IMG/VR virus record: IMGVR_UViG_3300016471_000088
Location: 1 to 39,242 of that record
DNA: 39,242 bases
Direction: 5' to 3' (one strand)
Source of the DNA: a virus
Taxonomy: Duplodnaviria; Caudoviricetes
In this document: positions 27,244 to 35,078 of the stretch, piece after piece
Layout: each line of letters begins with the position of its first letter
Position numbering within the stretch: the first letter of the stretch is position 1
The notes under the pieces: generated by a model
What the model was told of the DNA's origin: nothing
Database searches by the model: none
Seen by the model: the letters and a program-made list of their open reading frames with translations, nothing else
Position numbers and translations under genes: made by a program

Positions 27244-28143
27244 ATGACAGAGTGGGAAAACACGGTAATCTTTTTGAGCCTTGCGAAGCGAGCCACGGAC
27301 AACGCCGCTTACCACCGCCACACGGCGGTATCGAAAAGCCACCTCGACCAGGTGGCGCGCAGCCCGCTGCATTACTGGGCGCGCTATCTGGATCCCAACC
27401 GAGTCGAGCCTGAGCCAACACCCGCCATGGTGATCGGCTCGGCGCTCCACACCCATGTGCTCGAGCTCGACACCTGGGACGATCGCTATGTCACCTGCCC
27501 TGACGGCATCGACCGGCGCACCAAACAGGGCAAGGCGGAATGGGAATCATTCTCAGCAGCCAGCAACGGCCGCACCGTGCTGAGCAAGGCCGACGCCGAG
27601 CTGGTCATGAAGATGGGGCAGGCGATCTATGCGCACCCGGCTGCTGCGTTCTTGCTGCAGCGTCCCGGCCAGGCAGAGCGCAGTTACTTCTGGACCGATG
27701 AGGCGACCGAGCTCGAGTGCAAGTGCCGGCCGGACTGGATGACCAACGACGGCCAGCTGATCGTGGATCTGAAGACGACCGAGGATGCGAGCCCTGCGGG
27801 GTTCCGCAAGTCAGTCGCCAACTTCCGCTACCACGTCCAGGCGGCCTGGTATCTGGACGGGCTTGAGCGCGCCACCGGCCAACGGCCGGAGCAGTTCATC
27901 TTCATCTGCGTGGAGAAGAAACCGCCGCACGCCGTTGCGGTCTATGCGGCCAGCACGGAGATGATCGCCGCCGGCGAACGAACAGCCGAGACCGACCTGG
28001 CCAGGTTGGCGCTGTGCAAACAGACAGGCGAATGGCCTGGCTATTCCAACCAGATCGAGACGATCGACCTGCCGCCCTGGATGCGGCCGCGGCCTGATGG
28101 CCAGCTGTCGATCGGCGCGGCTCCTGAGATCGAGCTCTACTGA
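27244..28143 (+). CDS. RecE/exonuclease VIII-like PD-(D/E)xK nuclease (DUF3799-like)
   Basis: SKSHLD, GSALHTHVLE, KCRPDW, IVDLKTT, YHVQAAWY, FIFICVEK. Confidence 0.9.
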   Translation: MTEWENTVIFLSLAKRATDNAAYHRHTAVSKSHLDQVARSPLHYWARYLDPNRVEPEPTPAMVIGSALHTHVLELDTWDDRYVTCPDGIDRRTKQGKAEWESFSAASNGRTVLSKADAELVMKMGQAIYAHPAAAFLLQRPGQAERSYFWTDEATELECKCRPDWMTNDGQLIVDLKTTEDASPAGFRKSVANFRYHVQAAWYLDGLERATGQRPEQFIFICVEKKPPHAVAVYAASTEMIAAGERTAETDLARLALCKQTGEWPGYSNQIETIDLPPWMRPRPDGQLSIGAAPEIELY

Positions 28144-28148
28144 ACGTG

Positions 28149-28295
28149 ATGGACGCCTTCACGCATCTGCTTGCCTGCATCGTGATCGCGATGCTTGGCG
28201 GCTTCGCCGCATCCGAGCTGTGGCACATGGACTTCGTGCCAGCTACTGCCGGGTGCCTGTTTCTTCTATCTCTCGCACAAGCAACCAGATCATGA
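28149..28295 (+). CDS. Small membrane protein (48 aa)
   Basis: Hand-translated MDAFTHLLACIVIAMLGGFAASELWHMDFVPATAGCLFLLSLAQATRS; ATGA overlap with the next gene. Confidence 0.55.
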   Translation: MDAFTHLLACIVIAMLGGFAASELWHMDFVPATAGCLFLLSLAQATRS

Positions 28296-28990
28296 CTGAA
28301 TCAACAGCACTAACGACCACCACATCTGGCGGGTCGGTGTTTTCCGGCATCCAAGCGTTCGAGGATGCGCAACGGATCGCCAAGGCGCTGGCCAGCAGCA
28401 CGCTGATCCCGCCCCAGTTCCAGGGGCAGCAGGGGTTTGCCAACTGCTTGGTGGCGCTCGAGATCGCCAACCGGATGCGGATGAGCCCGTTCCAGGTGAT
28501 GCAAAATCTGCACATCATCCACGGCCGCCCCAGCTGGAGCAGCCAGTTCATCATCGGCCTGATCAACGGCTGCGGGCGCTTTAGCCCACTGCGTTATGAG
28601 ATGACCGGCAGCGGCGAGAGCCTCAGCTGCTACTGCGTGGCCACCGAGGTCGCCACCGGCGCGGACCTGAAGGGACCAGCGGTGAGCATGGCGATGGCCA
28701 AGAAAGAAGGCTGGGCAACCAAGAGCGGCAGCAAGTGGCAGACGATGCCCGAGCTCATGATCCGTTACCGGGCGGCAGCGTTCTGGGGGCGGCTCTACAT
28801 TCCCGAGCTGCTGGTGGGCATCCAGACCGAGGAGGAGGTTGTGGATGTGGAGCCGGTGACGGTGCGCCCTGCTGCGCCCCAAGCGCCCAAAGCAACCCTC
28901 GAGGATCTGAACCAGCAGATCACCAAACCGTCAAAACCGTCAAAACCTGAGCCCGTTGTGGAGACTGTGAGCGATGACGAGATCTTCTGA
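28292..28990 (+). CDS. RecT/Red-beta-like single-strand annealing protein
   Basis: Start MTESTAL; ANCLVALEIANRM..SPFQVMQNLHIIHGRPSWSS, SKWQTMPELMIRYRAAAFWGR; next to the RecE-like gene. Confidence 0.8.
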   Translation: MTESTALTTTTSGGSVFSGIQAFEDAQRIAKALASSTLIPPQFQGQQGFANCLVALEIANRMRMSPFQVMQNLHIIHGRPSWSSQFIIGLINGCGRFSPLRYEMTGSGESLSCYCVATEVATGADLKGPAVSMAMAKKEGWATKSGSKWQTMPELMIRYRAAAFWGRLYIPELLVGIQTEEEVVDVEPVTVRPAAPQAPKATLEDLNQQITKPSKPSKPEPVVETVSDDEIF

Positions 28991-29195
28991 CTATTTGACG
29001 CCGCGCGAGCTGGCGGAGCGGTGGCGCAACATCGTCTCGCTCAGCACGCTCGACAACTGGCGCTCAACCCAGAACCGTGGTCCGCGGTTTGTGAAGATCG
29101 GCGGCCGCGTCCTCTACCCAGTGGTGGAGGTCGAGGCCTATGAACAGAGCAACCTGCGCGGCCTGCCTAACAACCCATCGCAATCAAACCGATGA
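28974..29195 (+). CDS. Excisionase/AlpA-like winged-HTH protein
   Basis: YLTPRELAERW...TLDNWR...GPRFVKIGGRVLY. Confidence 0.85.
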   Translation: MTRSSDYLTPRELAERWRNIVSLSTLDNWRSTQNRGPRFVKIGGRVLYPVVEVEAYEQSNLRGLPNNPSQSNR

Positions 29196-29491
29196 GCTTC
29201 AAGCTGAACCTGTCCATCTTCAAGAGCACCAAGCCCGAGAGCAAGGTCGATTTCTCCGGGATGTTGAACGTGAAGGTGGAGGAGCTCGACGCGTTCTGCG
29301 CGTTCGTGATGAGCCAGACGCCGGACCAGTACGGCAGCGTGCAGGTGCCGGTGACGGGCTGGAAGAAGACCAGCAAGAGCGGGCTGGCGTACATCAGCGC
29401 GGTGGCTCAACCGCCGCTCGATTACGTTGAGCGCGCAGCCAACAGCCTTGCGCAGGCGACTGGCGGCGTGGTGATCGATGATCTGATCTAG
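29192..29491 (+). CDS. Hypothetical protein, possibly SSB-like
   Basis: LSIFK...DFSG...GWKKTSKSGLAYIS, acidic-hydrophobic C-terminus (DDLI), recombination context. Confidence 0.45.
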   Translation: MSFKLNLSIFKSTKPESKVDFSGMLNVKVEELDAFCAFVMSQTPDQYGSVQVPVTGWKKTSKSGLAYISAVAQPPLDYVERAANSLAQATGGVVIDDLI

Positions 29492-29688
29492 GTCATGAGC
29501 TCGAGCTCCAGGCGCGCGATCTCATGGACCGCAGCCTGGAGCATCTCCTGCTGGTGATAGCACTGCTTGAGGAGCTTGGCCGCAATCGAGCCCGCCTGCG
29601 GGTGGCGCTGCAGGTCGCGGCATTGCTTCTCGATCAAGAACTGTTTCTCTGGCGGTATCTCGACCGCCATCCATTCTCCGAAGTTCAT
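29488..29688 (-). CDS. Small helical protein, NblA-like candidate
   Basis: 66 aa with two predicted helices: EIPPEKQFLIEKQCRDLQ and AAKLLKQCYHQQEMLQAAV. Confidence 0.4.
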   Translation of the reverse strand: MNFGEWMAVEIPPEKQFLIEKQCRDLQRHPQAGSIAAKLLKQCYHQQEMLQAAVHEIARLELELMT

Positions 29689-29727
29689 CTGTCTGGGGCG
29701 GACTGCCCCATGGTGCCAACTCTGACC

Positions 29728-30198
29728 ATGAAACGAAAACCACTGCCCACCGATCTCGCTCCCGTTTGGGCTCGCTGCGTTGACCGACTAAAGATCAGCG
29801 CAACTGGCTGCTGGGAATGGCAAGGCTGCAAGACCATTGGCGGCTATGGCCGTGTCTGGTTCCAAAAACCGCGGCTGGTGCATGTTGTCAGCTACTTCCA
29901 CCATTGCGGTCCCGTTGCTGATGATCTGGTCATTTCTCACAAATGCCATAACCCAGCGTGCTGCAACCCGGTCCACCTGCAGCCTGCATCTCAGAAAGAA
30001 AACGTTCGCCAATCAATCGACCGCGGCACGTTTTTTCACACTCCGCGAGCCCTAAAGCTGACGCAGGAACAGCGCGCTCAGATTCGCCGTGAATACAAAG
30101 GCACACGCAAACACAGGCAGGAACTTGCCGAGCAGTACAAAGTGTCCGTGTCTCTGATCGAGGTTGTTGTGTATCGCAAGCGGGAGGTGGCGTCTTGA
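29728..30198 (+). CDS. HNH homing-type endonuclease with C-terminal HTH (start 29710 or 29728)
   Basis: GCWEWQG...GYG...H...HKCHNPACCNPVHL...EN; KLTQEQRAQIR...ELAEQYKVS. Confidence 0.88.
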   Translation: MKRKPLPTDLAPVWARCVDRLKISATGCWEWQGCKTIGGYGRVWFQKPRLVHVVSYFHHCGPVADDLVISHKCHNPACCNPVHLQPASQKENVRQSIDRGTFFHTPRALKLTQEQRAQIRREYKGTRKHRQELAEQYKVSVSLIEVVVYRKREVAS

Positions 30199-30524
30199 TT
30201 TGCCCGAAGTGCCGAAGCAAGGCGGTGCGCGTCCCGATCACGAACAACCTGCTGGATGACCAGGTGATGCGCCGCCGTATCTGCATGGACTGCAGCCACA
30301 AGTGGTTCACGGTGGAGGTGGCGGTGCCGGACTATGCGGTGGGGTGGAGCGCGGCGCACATGAGCAAGCCGGTGCTGCGGATCCCGATGGAGCTGAGCGC
30401 GGGCGCGACGCGGCTGCGTGTGGAGCACGTCGAGGCGCAGGACCAGGTGGAGGTGCTGCAAAAAGCGAACCGGCGGAAGTCGGAGCTGGCCGATGCCCGG
30501 CATCGTGTAACGGATTACAACTGA
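30195..30524 (+). CDS. Zn-ribbon protein (NrdR N-terminal-like)
   Basis: CPKC...RRRICMDCSHKWFTVE. Confidence 0.75.
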   Translation: MICPKCRSKAVRVPITNNLLDDQVMRRRICMDCSHKWFTVEVAVPDYAVGWSAAHMSKPVLRIPMELSAGATRLRVEHVEAQDQVEVLQKANRRKSELADARHRVTDYN

Positions 30525-30586
30525 CCCGTTGGCAGGATGCGCGGTCTGCGGTGTATGATTTGGTCACCGGGGGCAAACGGTCCCCC
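30505..30586 (+). promoter_or_regulatory. Putative promoter element, copy 1
   Basis: GTGTAACGGATT ... GGTGTATGATT (-10-like TATGAT at 30554) followed by a GC hairpin; similar to 33714-33800. Confidence 0.55.
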
Positions 30587-30614
30587 ACTCGGCAGCCCAG
30601 AGGCTGCGCTGAAC

Positions 30615-30788
30615 ATGCAGGATCAGATCATCGCCCTGATCGCTCAGTTCAACGCTGAGGCTCACGACATTGCTCAGGAGCTGCGTGGCTGCCTGCCTCA
30701 CAAAGATCCCGGCCGCTACTTGGAGCTCAGCCGTCGCCACGGTGAACTGCTGCGCTGGGTCGAGACCTGCCGGGGGCATCTCGCCTGA
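30615..30788 (+). CDS. Hypothetical protein
   Basis: MQDQIIALIAQF..., first ORF after the promoter element; followed by the hairpin GAGCCC-TCCG-GGGCTC. Confidence 0.6.
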   Translation: MQDQIIALIAQFNAEAHDIAQELRGCLPHKDPGRYLELSRRHGELLRWVETCRGHLA

Positions 30789-30826
30789 GCCCTCCGGGGC
30801 TCCCAACCACCACCGCCACCCACACC

Positions 30827-30955
30827 ATGATCAACCGCATCAACAACGCCATCTGCTTTGTGATCGTCGCGGCCGTGTTCGCGATGATCGGCCTCGAGGC
30901 CGGCAACCAGCCCGGCATGACACACAGCGGCACCCAGCTGGAGGTGCGCAAGTGA
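30827..30955 (+). CDS. Small single-TM protein (42 aa)
   Basis: Hand-translated MINRINNAICFVIVAAVFAMIGLEAGNQPGMTHSGTQLEVRK; GTGA overlap with the next gene. Confidence 0.6.
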   Translation: MINRINNAICFVIVAAVFAMIGLEAGNQPGMTHSGTQLEVRK

Positions 30956-31125
30956 CCCCCCGCCGCTTCTACTTCCAGATCAAGTCCGCCAACGTGGTCG
31001 AGTGCATCACGGCGCACAGCCTCACCGAGGCCAAGCTGATCGCCGCCGACACCTGGCTCGAATGGTGGTCACAGATCGAATGGCTTAACCCTGAAACCGT
31101 CACCGATCCGAACATCCATGCCTGA
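30952..31125 (+). CDS. Hypothetical protein
   Basis: GTG start with GGAGG upstream; TPRRFYFQIKSANVVE... Confidence 0.65.
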   Translation: MTPRRFYFQIKSANVVECITAHSLTEAKLIAADTWLEWWSQIEWLNPETVTDPNIHA

Positions 31126-31357
31126 CATCCCAGCCGGTTCGATGTTGCCCTGGCAGTGGGCAGAGGAGCCGAGCGAGTCAAAGCACGGCGATGGCGTCAG
31201 CCGCCCCAATCCCAAAGCGCGCACCAAGCTGTATCGCGTGATGGTTTACCCGCGCGGCGCTCGACCGATGCTGTGGACCACCCACGCGGAGAACGTGAAG
31301 GCCGCGATCCGCTATGCGCAGAACCGCTGGCCGGGTGCGTCAGTGGAGGTGGCATGA
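31118..31357 (+). CDS. Hypothetical protein
   Basis: 79 aa, overlaps both neighbours in an operon-like chain. Confidence 0.65.
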   Translation: MPDIPAGSMLPWQWAEEPSESKHGDGVSRPNPKARTKLYRVMVYPRGARPMLWTTHAENVKAAIRYAQNRWPGASVEVA

Positions 31358-31551
31358 ACGACATCCGCGCCAGAATCAGCCAGCTGATCAGCGACAGCGG
31401 CACCTACCGCCAGGGTCAGCAGGATGAGCGCCACCGGCTGCGCAGCTTGATCGACATCCGCATCGACCAGCTGCGCGCCACCCTCGGCATCAAGAACCGC
31501 GAACAGCTTTGCGCTGAGTTGCTCCAGCTACGCCAACACCTGGAACCATGA
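31354..31551 (+). CDS. Hypothetical protein
   Basis: MNDIRARISQL..., GGAGG RBS, ATGA overlaps. Confidence 0.65.
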   Translation: MNDIRARISQLISDSGTYRQGQQDERHRLRSLIDIRIDQLRATLGIKNREQLCAELLQLRQHLEP

Positions 31552-31817
31552 ACACCCGCGTCCGACTTGACCAGCAACGCGCCGACATGATGGAGGCGCT
31601 GTACCAGCGCAGTGGCCGCACCTGCTGCACCTACACCGGGTTGTGGGAGGAGTTCGCGCTAGAGATCGCCGCCAACTTCCGCGACACTCACTATCCCGAG
31701 CTGTTCGCCAAGGTGGTGAAGGCCATGGATGCCACCGAGTCGGTGATGACCGAGAAACAGGCGCAGCAGGCAATCGAGGTCTGCCGCCAGCAGTTACTGG
31801 GTGAGAAGTGGCGGTAG
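31548..31817 (+). CDS. Hypothetical protein
   Basis: 89 aa, ATGA overlap; MMEALYQRSGR...YTGLWEEF. Confidence 0.65.
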   Translation: MNTRVRLDQQRADMMEALYQRSGRTCCTYTGLWEEFALEIAANFRDTHYPELFAKVVKAMDATESVMTEKQAQQAIEVCRQQLLGEKWR

Positions 31818-32047
31818 TTCGCAAAACCCGCAACCGCACCCTGAACATCCGGGTGACGGACGAGGAAGTAGCAATGGCGCGGCAGATCGGCAACGGCAAC
31901 GCCAGCCATGGCTATCGCCTCGCTATTCGTTGGATGGCCGAGCGGTCAATCAGTGGCATCCCTCTCAGCACCATGCTGCGAGCTGCTGCAGAAATGGCCG
32001 CCGACCTTGAACGTCAACCCAAACGAGGAGCTCCATCCCGTGCCTGA
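31808..32047 (+). CDS. Ribbon-helix-helix-like DNA-binding protein
   Basis: RNRTLNIRVTDEEVAMARQIGNGNASHGYRLAI. Confidence 0.6.
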   Translation: MAVVRKTRNRTLNIRVTDEEVAMARQIGNGNASHGYRLAIRWMAERSISGIPLSTMLRAAAEMAADLERQPKRGAPSRA

Positions 32048-32282
32048 TCTGATCAACCACCCGCCGCACTACCAGGCCGGCACCGTCGAGGCGATCGACT
32101 TTATCGAGTCGGTGATCAGCGATGCGCCGCACATGGTCCCGGCATACCTGCAGGGACAGGCGCTCAAGTACATGATCCGCATGTGGCTCAAGGGCAACGC
32201 CCTGGAAGATGCGCGCAAGGCGGAGTGGTATCTCAACCGATTGATCGCCAAACTGGAGCAATGTTCTACCTCCCAGGGCTGA
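32040..32282 (+). CDS. DUF3310 (SaV-like) protein
   Basis: DLINHPPHY...EAIDFI...GQALKYMIRMWLKGNALEDARKAEWYLNRLI; GAGGAG RBS. Confidence 0.88.
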   Translation: MPDLINHPPHYQAGTVEAIDFIESVISDAPHMVPAYLQGQALKYMIRMWLKGNALEDARKAEWYLNRLIAKLEQCSTSQG

Positions 32283-32491
32283 ATCTGATTGAGCGATGGG
32301 CGCTACGGATCCTGTGCCGCAGTCCGCGCACCAGCTTGGTGGTGGTGAAGGAGCACGGTTGGCCGTCGGTCTTCGTCGCCTGTGATCCGCGCGATCCGGT
32401 GGCGGCGCATGTGACCGACGGCGCTGAGGAGCCGATCACGATGCAACTCGAGCGGCTGTACCACCAGCCGGCCTACGGCGAGGAAGAATGA
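32261..32491 (+). CDS. Hypothetical protein
   Basis: MFYLPGLNLIERWAL..., GGAG RBS. Confidence 0.6.
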   Translation: MFYLPGLNLIERWALRILCRSPRTSLVVVKEHGWPSVFVACDPRDPVAAHVTDGAEEPITMQLERLYHQPAYGEEE

Positions 32492-32826
32492 TCAGCCTGC
32501 ACGCCGGCCGTCTGCTGCTGGTGTGCAGCCGCCTCGATCGCACATGGCACGCGCGCGTGGTGCTGGGACCGAAGCCCGAGCACCAGCTCGAGGCCGACAC
32601 CGGCACGGTGATGTTGCGAGAGGCGCTGCAGAGAGCGCAGGCGATTTACCGGGAAGCACTGGCGCAGATCAGACCAGCCGGCAGCCCGCAGATGTGCTGG
32701 GACTGTTTGCAGTGGGACCTGAGCCGCAATCGGTGCGAGCTGGGCATACCTGAGTGCCGGCGCAGTGGCGGCCGATACGCGCCACGGTGCGAGATGTTTG
32801 ATGCGGCGTTGCCGACGCCAGACTGA
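32488..32826 (+). CDS. Hypothetical protein with C-terminal Cys cluster
   Basis: CWDC...C..GIPEC...C; GAGGA RBS. Confidence 0.65.
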   Translation: MISLHAGRLLLVCSRLDRTWHARVVLGPKPEHQLEADTGTVMLREALQRAQAIYREALAQIRPAGSPQMCWDCLQWDLSRNRCELGIPECRRSGGRYAPRCEMFDAALPTPD

Positions 32827-32845
32827 AAGAGGCCGTCCTGGTGCC

Positions 32846-33058
32846 GTGTCGAAGCGGGAATGGAACACGCCTGTGCGGGCGGACTGGTGCCCGCTAATCC
32901 ACCAGGCGCTGCAGGCTGTTGATCGCCACAACAGCCTCTGGTTCAGCACGCGCGACAGCTGGCACCTGCAGCAGGCGCAGGCGTTGCGCGACTATGTGGC
33001 CGATCTCAAAACCTGGATCCATCGCGAGGAGGCACGGCAATGTTCGGACCTGAAGTGA
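32846..33058 (+). CDS. Hypothetical protein
   Basis: GTG start, SKREWNTPVRADW...LKTWIHREE. Confidence 0.6.
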   Translation: MSKREWNTPVRADWCPLIHQALQAVDRHNSLWFSTRDSWHLQQAQALRDYVADLKTWIHREEARQCSDLK

Positions 33059-33210
33059 TCAGCCGCACGGAACGCGACGGCGGCTACATCGAGGTGCTGC
33101 TGCCGGTGAAGGGTGAGGTCTATTACCGCAGCTGCGTGGGCGGGATCTGCCGCTACAGCTCGGACCTGTGGCAGGCTGAGCTGTATCTGGACCACCTACT
33201 TGCCAAGTAA
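33040..33210 (+). CDS. Hypothetical protein (56 aa)
   Basis: Hand-translated MFGPEVISRTERDGGYIEVL...YYRSCVGGICRYSSDLWQAELYLDHLLAK; GAGGAGG RBS. Confidence 0.65.
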   Translation: MFGPEVISRTERDGGYIEVLLPVKGEVYYRSCVGGICRYSSDLWQAELYLDHLLAK

Positions 33211-33498
33211 CCACTCGGCGATCGCCCGCTCGCTGAGCGCCGACCAGAACGGCTGGGTGCGATACCAGTCCACCCAGGGCTTGTGACCCTTCTGGCTGTT
33301 GCACATCAGGCAGCAGCTGACCAGGTTCTCCCGCACGGTCAGGCCGCCGTGGACCTTGGGGATGACGTGATCGAGCGTCGGCGAGCGGCCGAGCGGATCG
33401 CCGCAGTAGGCGCACTGGTAGTTCCAGGCGAGGTGGATCTGATCACGGGCGCTGCGCCGCGTGACCAGGCGGGTTTCGTCAATGTGGTGCTGATCCAC
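33196..33498 (-). CDS. HNH endonuclease (small, McrA-like)
   Basis: CAYCG...TLDHVIPKVHGG...NLVSCCLMCNSQKG. Confidence 0.9.
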   Translation of the reverse strand: MDQHHIDETRLVTRRSARDQIHLAWNYQCAYCGDPLGRSPTLDHVIPKVHGGLTVRENLVSCCLMCNSQKGHKPWVDWYRTQPFWSALSERAIAEWLLGK

Positions 33499-33664
33499 TG
33501 AGATCTGCGGGCAGTGGGACGGCCTGGACTTCGATGTCGATGATGTCGTCGTCGCTGGGGATGAACTCGGCCAGGTGGCTGTAGATGTCAGCCGGCAGGT
33601 CGTCGGGTTCGGTGTCAGATCTGAGGATGAGCTTGGCGGTGATTTCTACGAAGAACGCCCGCAT
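33479..33664 (-). CDS. Acidic hypothetical protein
   Basis: 61 aa, overlaps the HNH start. Confidence 0.55.
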   Translation of the reverse strand: MRAFFVEITAKLILRSDTEPDDLPADIYSHLAEFIPSDDDIIDIEVQAVPLPADLSGSAPH

Positions 33665-33712
33665 GGGCTGGCCGCCGCTTGCTGCACGGTAGCGGCCGCG
33701 ACCAGATCAGCT

Positions 33713-33800
33713 TGTGTGACGGATTGTGAACGGCACCCCGCAGCTGGGCATGGTGTGCGGTGGGTGGTGTATGATTCACACATCGGAGGGACGCCCCTCC
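33713..33800 (+). promoter_or_regulatory. Putative promoter element, copy 2
   Basis: GTGTGACGGATTGTGAA ... GGTGTATGATT (TATGAT at 33770), then hairpin GGAGGG-ACGC-CCCTCC. Confidence 0.55.
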
Positions 33801-33815
33801 ACCACTCTCCAAACC

Positions 33816-34013
33816 ATGACCACCCTCACCGTCACCCTCCCCAACGGCAAGATCGCCAAGCGCCGCACCGAGCGCGCCTACACACACGCTGTTTGCTCCG
33901 ACACCAAGGTGCTCAGCTTTTGCGGTTCCTTCGCCTTAGCCCAGAAGCGCATCGCATCCATCAGCTGCCCCAAAATTCGGGCGATGCACCAGATCCTCCC
34001 GGTCAACGCCTGA
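33816..34013 (+). CDS. Hypothetical protein
   Basis: MTTLTVTLPNGKIAKRRTERAYTHAV; followed by the hairpin GGGGGCG-CTTGC-CGCCCCC. Confidence 0.65.
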   Translation: MTTLTVTLPNGKIAKRRTERAYTHAVCSDTKVLSFCGSFALAQKRIASISCPKIRAMHQILPVNA

Positions 34014-34053
34014 CCCCACCGGGGGCGCTTGCCGCCCCCTCTAACCTTCACCC

Positions 34054-34242
34054 ATGAACTACGCCCTCCGCATCGGTCCGTGGCACGTCGGACCCTTTGC
34101 TACCCACATCGCCGCGCAGCACTTCGCCGAGCGCCATGGCTGCGACGACTACACCCTGATCCCGCTGGACGATCCAGCCGAAGCGCCTGGGCGAATCCAC
34201 CGGCTGCGGATGGCACCGCTGCGGCACCCCATGACTCGGTGA
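34054..34242 (+). CDS. Hypothetical protein
   Basis: MNYALRIGPWHVGPF..., 62 aa. Confidence 0.6.
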   Translation: MNYALRIGPWHVGPFATHIAAQHFAERHGCDDYTLIPLDDPAEAPGRIHRLRMAPLRHPMTR

Positions 34243-34583
34243 AGATCGAGATCACCGGCGAGCTGCTGCAGCAGGCCAGGGCGGCCGCATACCAGCGCCA
34301 GCAGAACCGCCGGCGTGCAGGGTCGCGCGACTACAGCGGCGGCCAGCCCGTGCAGCTCACAGGCCTGCCTGGCGTGCTCCGCGAGGTGGCCTTGCATCAG
34401 TTCTTTGGCCTCGAGCTCGATTGGACGTTCCTTGCCACTGACGCCGGCTTTTGCCAGCCGGATGTGGGCGGCCTGTGGGAGGTGCGCGCCACGCTCAACC
34501 CGCGCGCCAGGCGGCGCTGGACGGGTTTGCCGCGGCCGGCGTGCGGTGGCGGTTCGCGCAGCTGGTGCGGCTGCTGCTCCTGA
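34239..34583 (+). pseudogene. Probably 3'-truncated hypothetical gene (PD-(D/E)xK-like), running out of frame into the integrase remnant
   Basis: GTGA overlap start; EVALHQFFG...PDVGGLWEVRAT, then low-complexity sequence after ~34500. Confidence 0.45.
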
Positions 34584-35026
34584 CCGGCTGCCGGGTCCGG
34601 GAGGTGATGTGCGCCGAATGGAGCTGGCTGCAGGGCGCTGTGCTGGTGGTGCCGGCCGAGCAGCACAAGACCGGCCAGCAGGGCGACCCGCGGCACATCC
34701 ACCTGCCGCCTGCAGCGTTGGTGATGCTCGAGCAGCTGCGCGCGCAATCGAACAGCCGGTGGATCATCGCCGGCGACGGCGACGGCCACCTGGTCGGCTA
34801 CTGGCGGATGTGGGACCAGCTGCTGGAGCAGGCCGGCATCAGCAACCTGCGGATCCACGACCTGCGCCACAACTTCGCCAGCCTCGGCGTGAGCGCAGGC
34901 CTGTCGCTGCCGCAGATCGGCGGCCTGCTGGGGCACAGCAGCCCGCAGACCACGCAGCGCTATGCGCACCTGGTCGATGAGGCTGCAGCGGCCGCAGCGG
35001 CCAAGGTGGCGGCGTTGGTGGGGTGA
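34505..35026 (+). pseudogene. int: Tyrosine integrase, catalytic domain only
   Basis: LLLLTGCRVREV, HKT, HDLRH, LLGHS, TQRYAH all present; no arm- or core-binding domains; no convincing start or RBS. Confidence 0.8.
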
Positions 35027-35027
35027 C

Positions 35028-35057
35028 AAAAAAGCCCGACGCCATGCTCGCCGGGCT
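35028..35057 (-). terminator. Rho-independent terminator ending the late/lysis transcript
   Basis: AGCCCGGCG-AGCATGG-CGTCGGGCT-TTTTT on the minus strand after dcd, between convergent genes. Confidence 0.8.
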
Positions 35058-35078
35058 CAGGCTCTCCACGGGTTCAGG

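Noticed and set aside
29524-29709. N-terminal extension of the HNH ORF
   Set aside because: Overlaps the minus-strand 66-aa gene in antisense; HNH-like sequence begins only after ATG 29710/29728.
30506-30519. NtcA box in TGTAACGGATTACA
   Set aside because: Spacing is GTA-N6-TAC, not GTA-N8-TAC, and the palindrome is absent from the second copy.
34451-34504. TTG start giving an intact 191-aa integrase
   Set aside because: No RBS, lies inside the upstream gene, and the first ~18 residues are not integrase-like.
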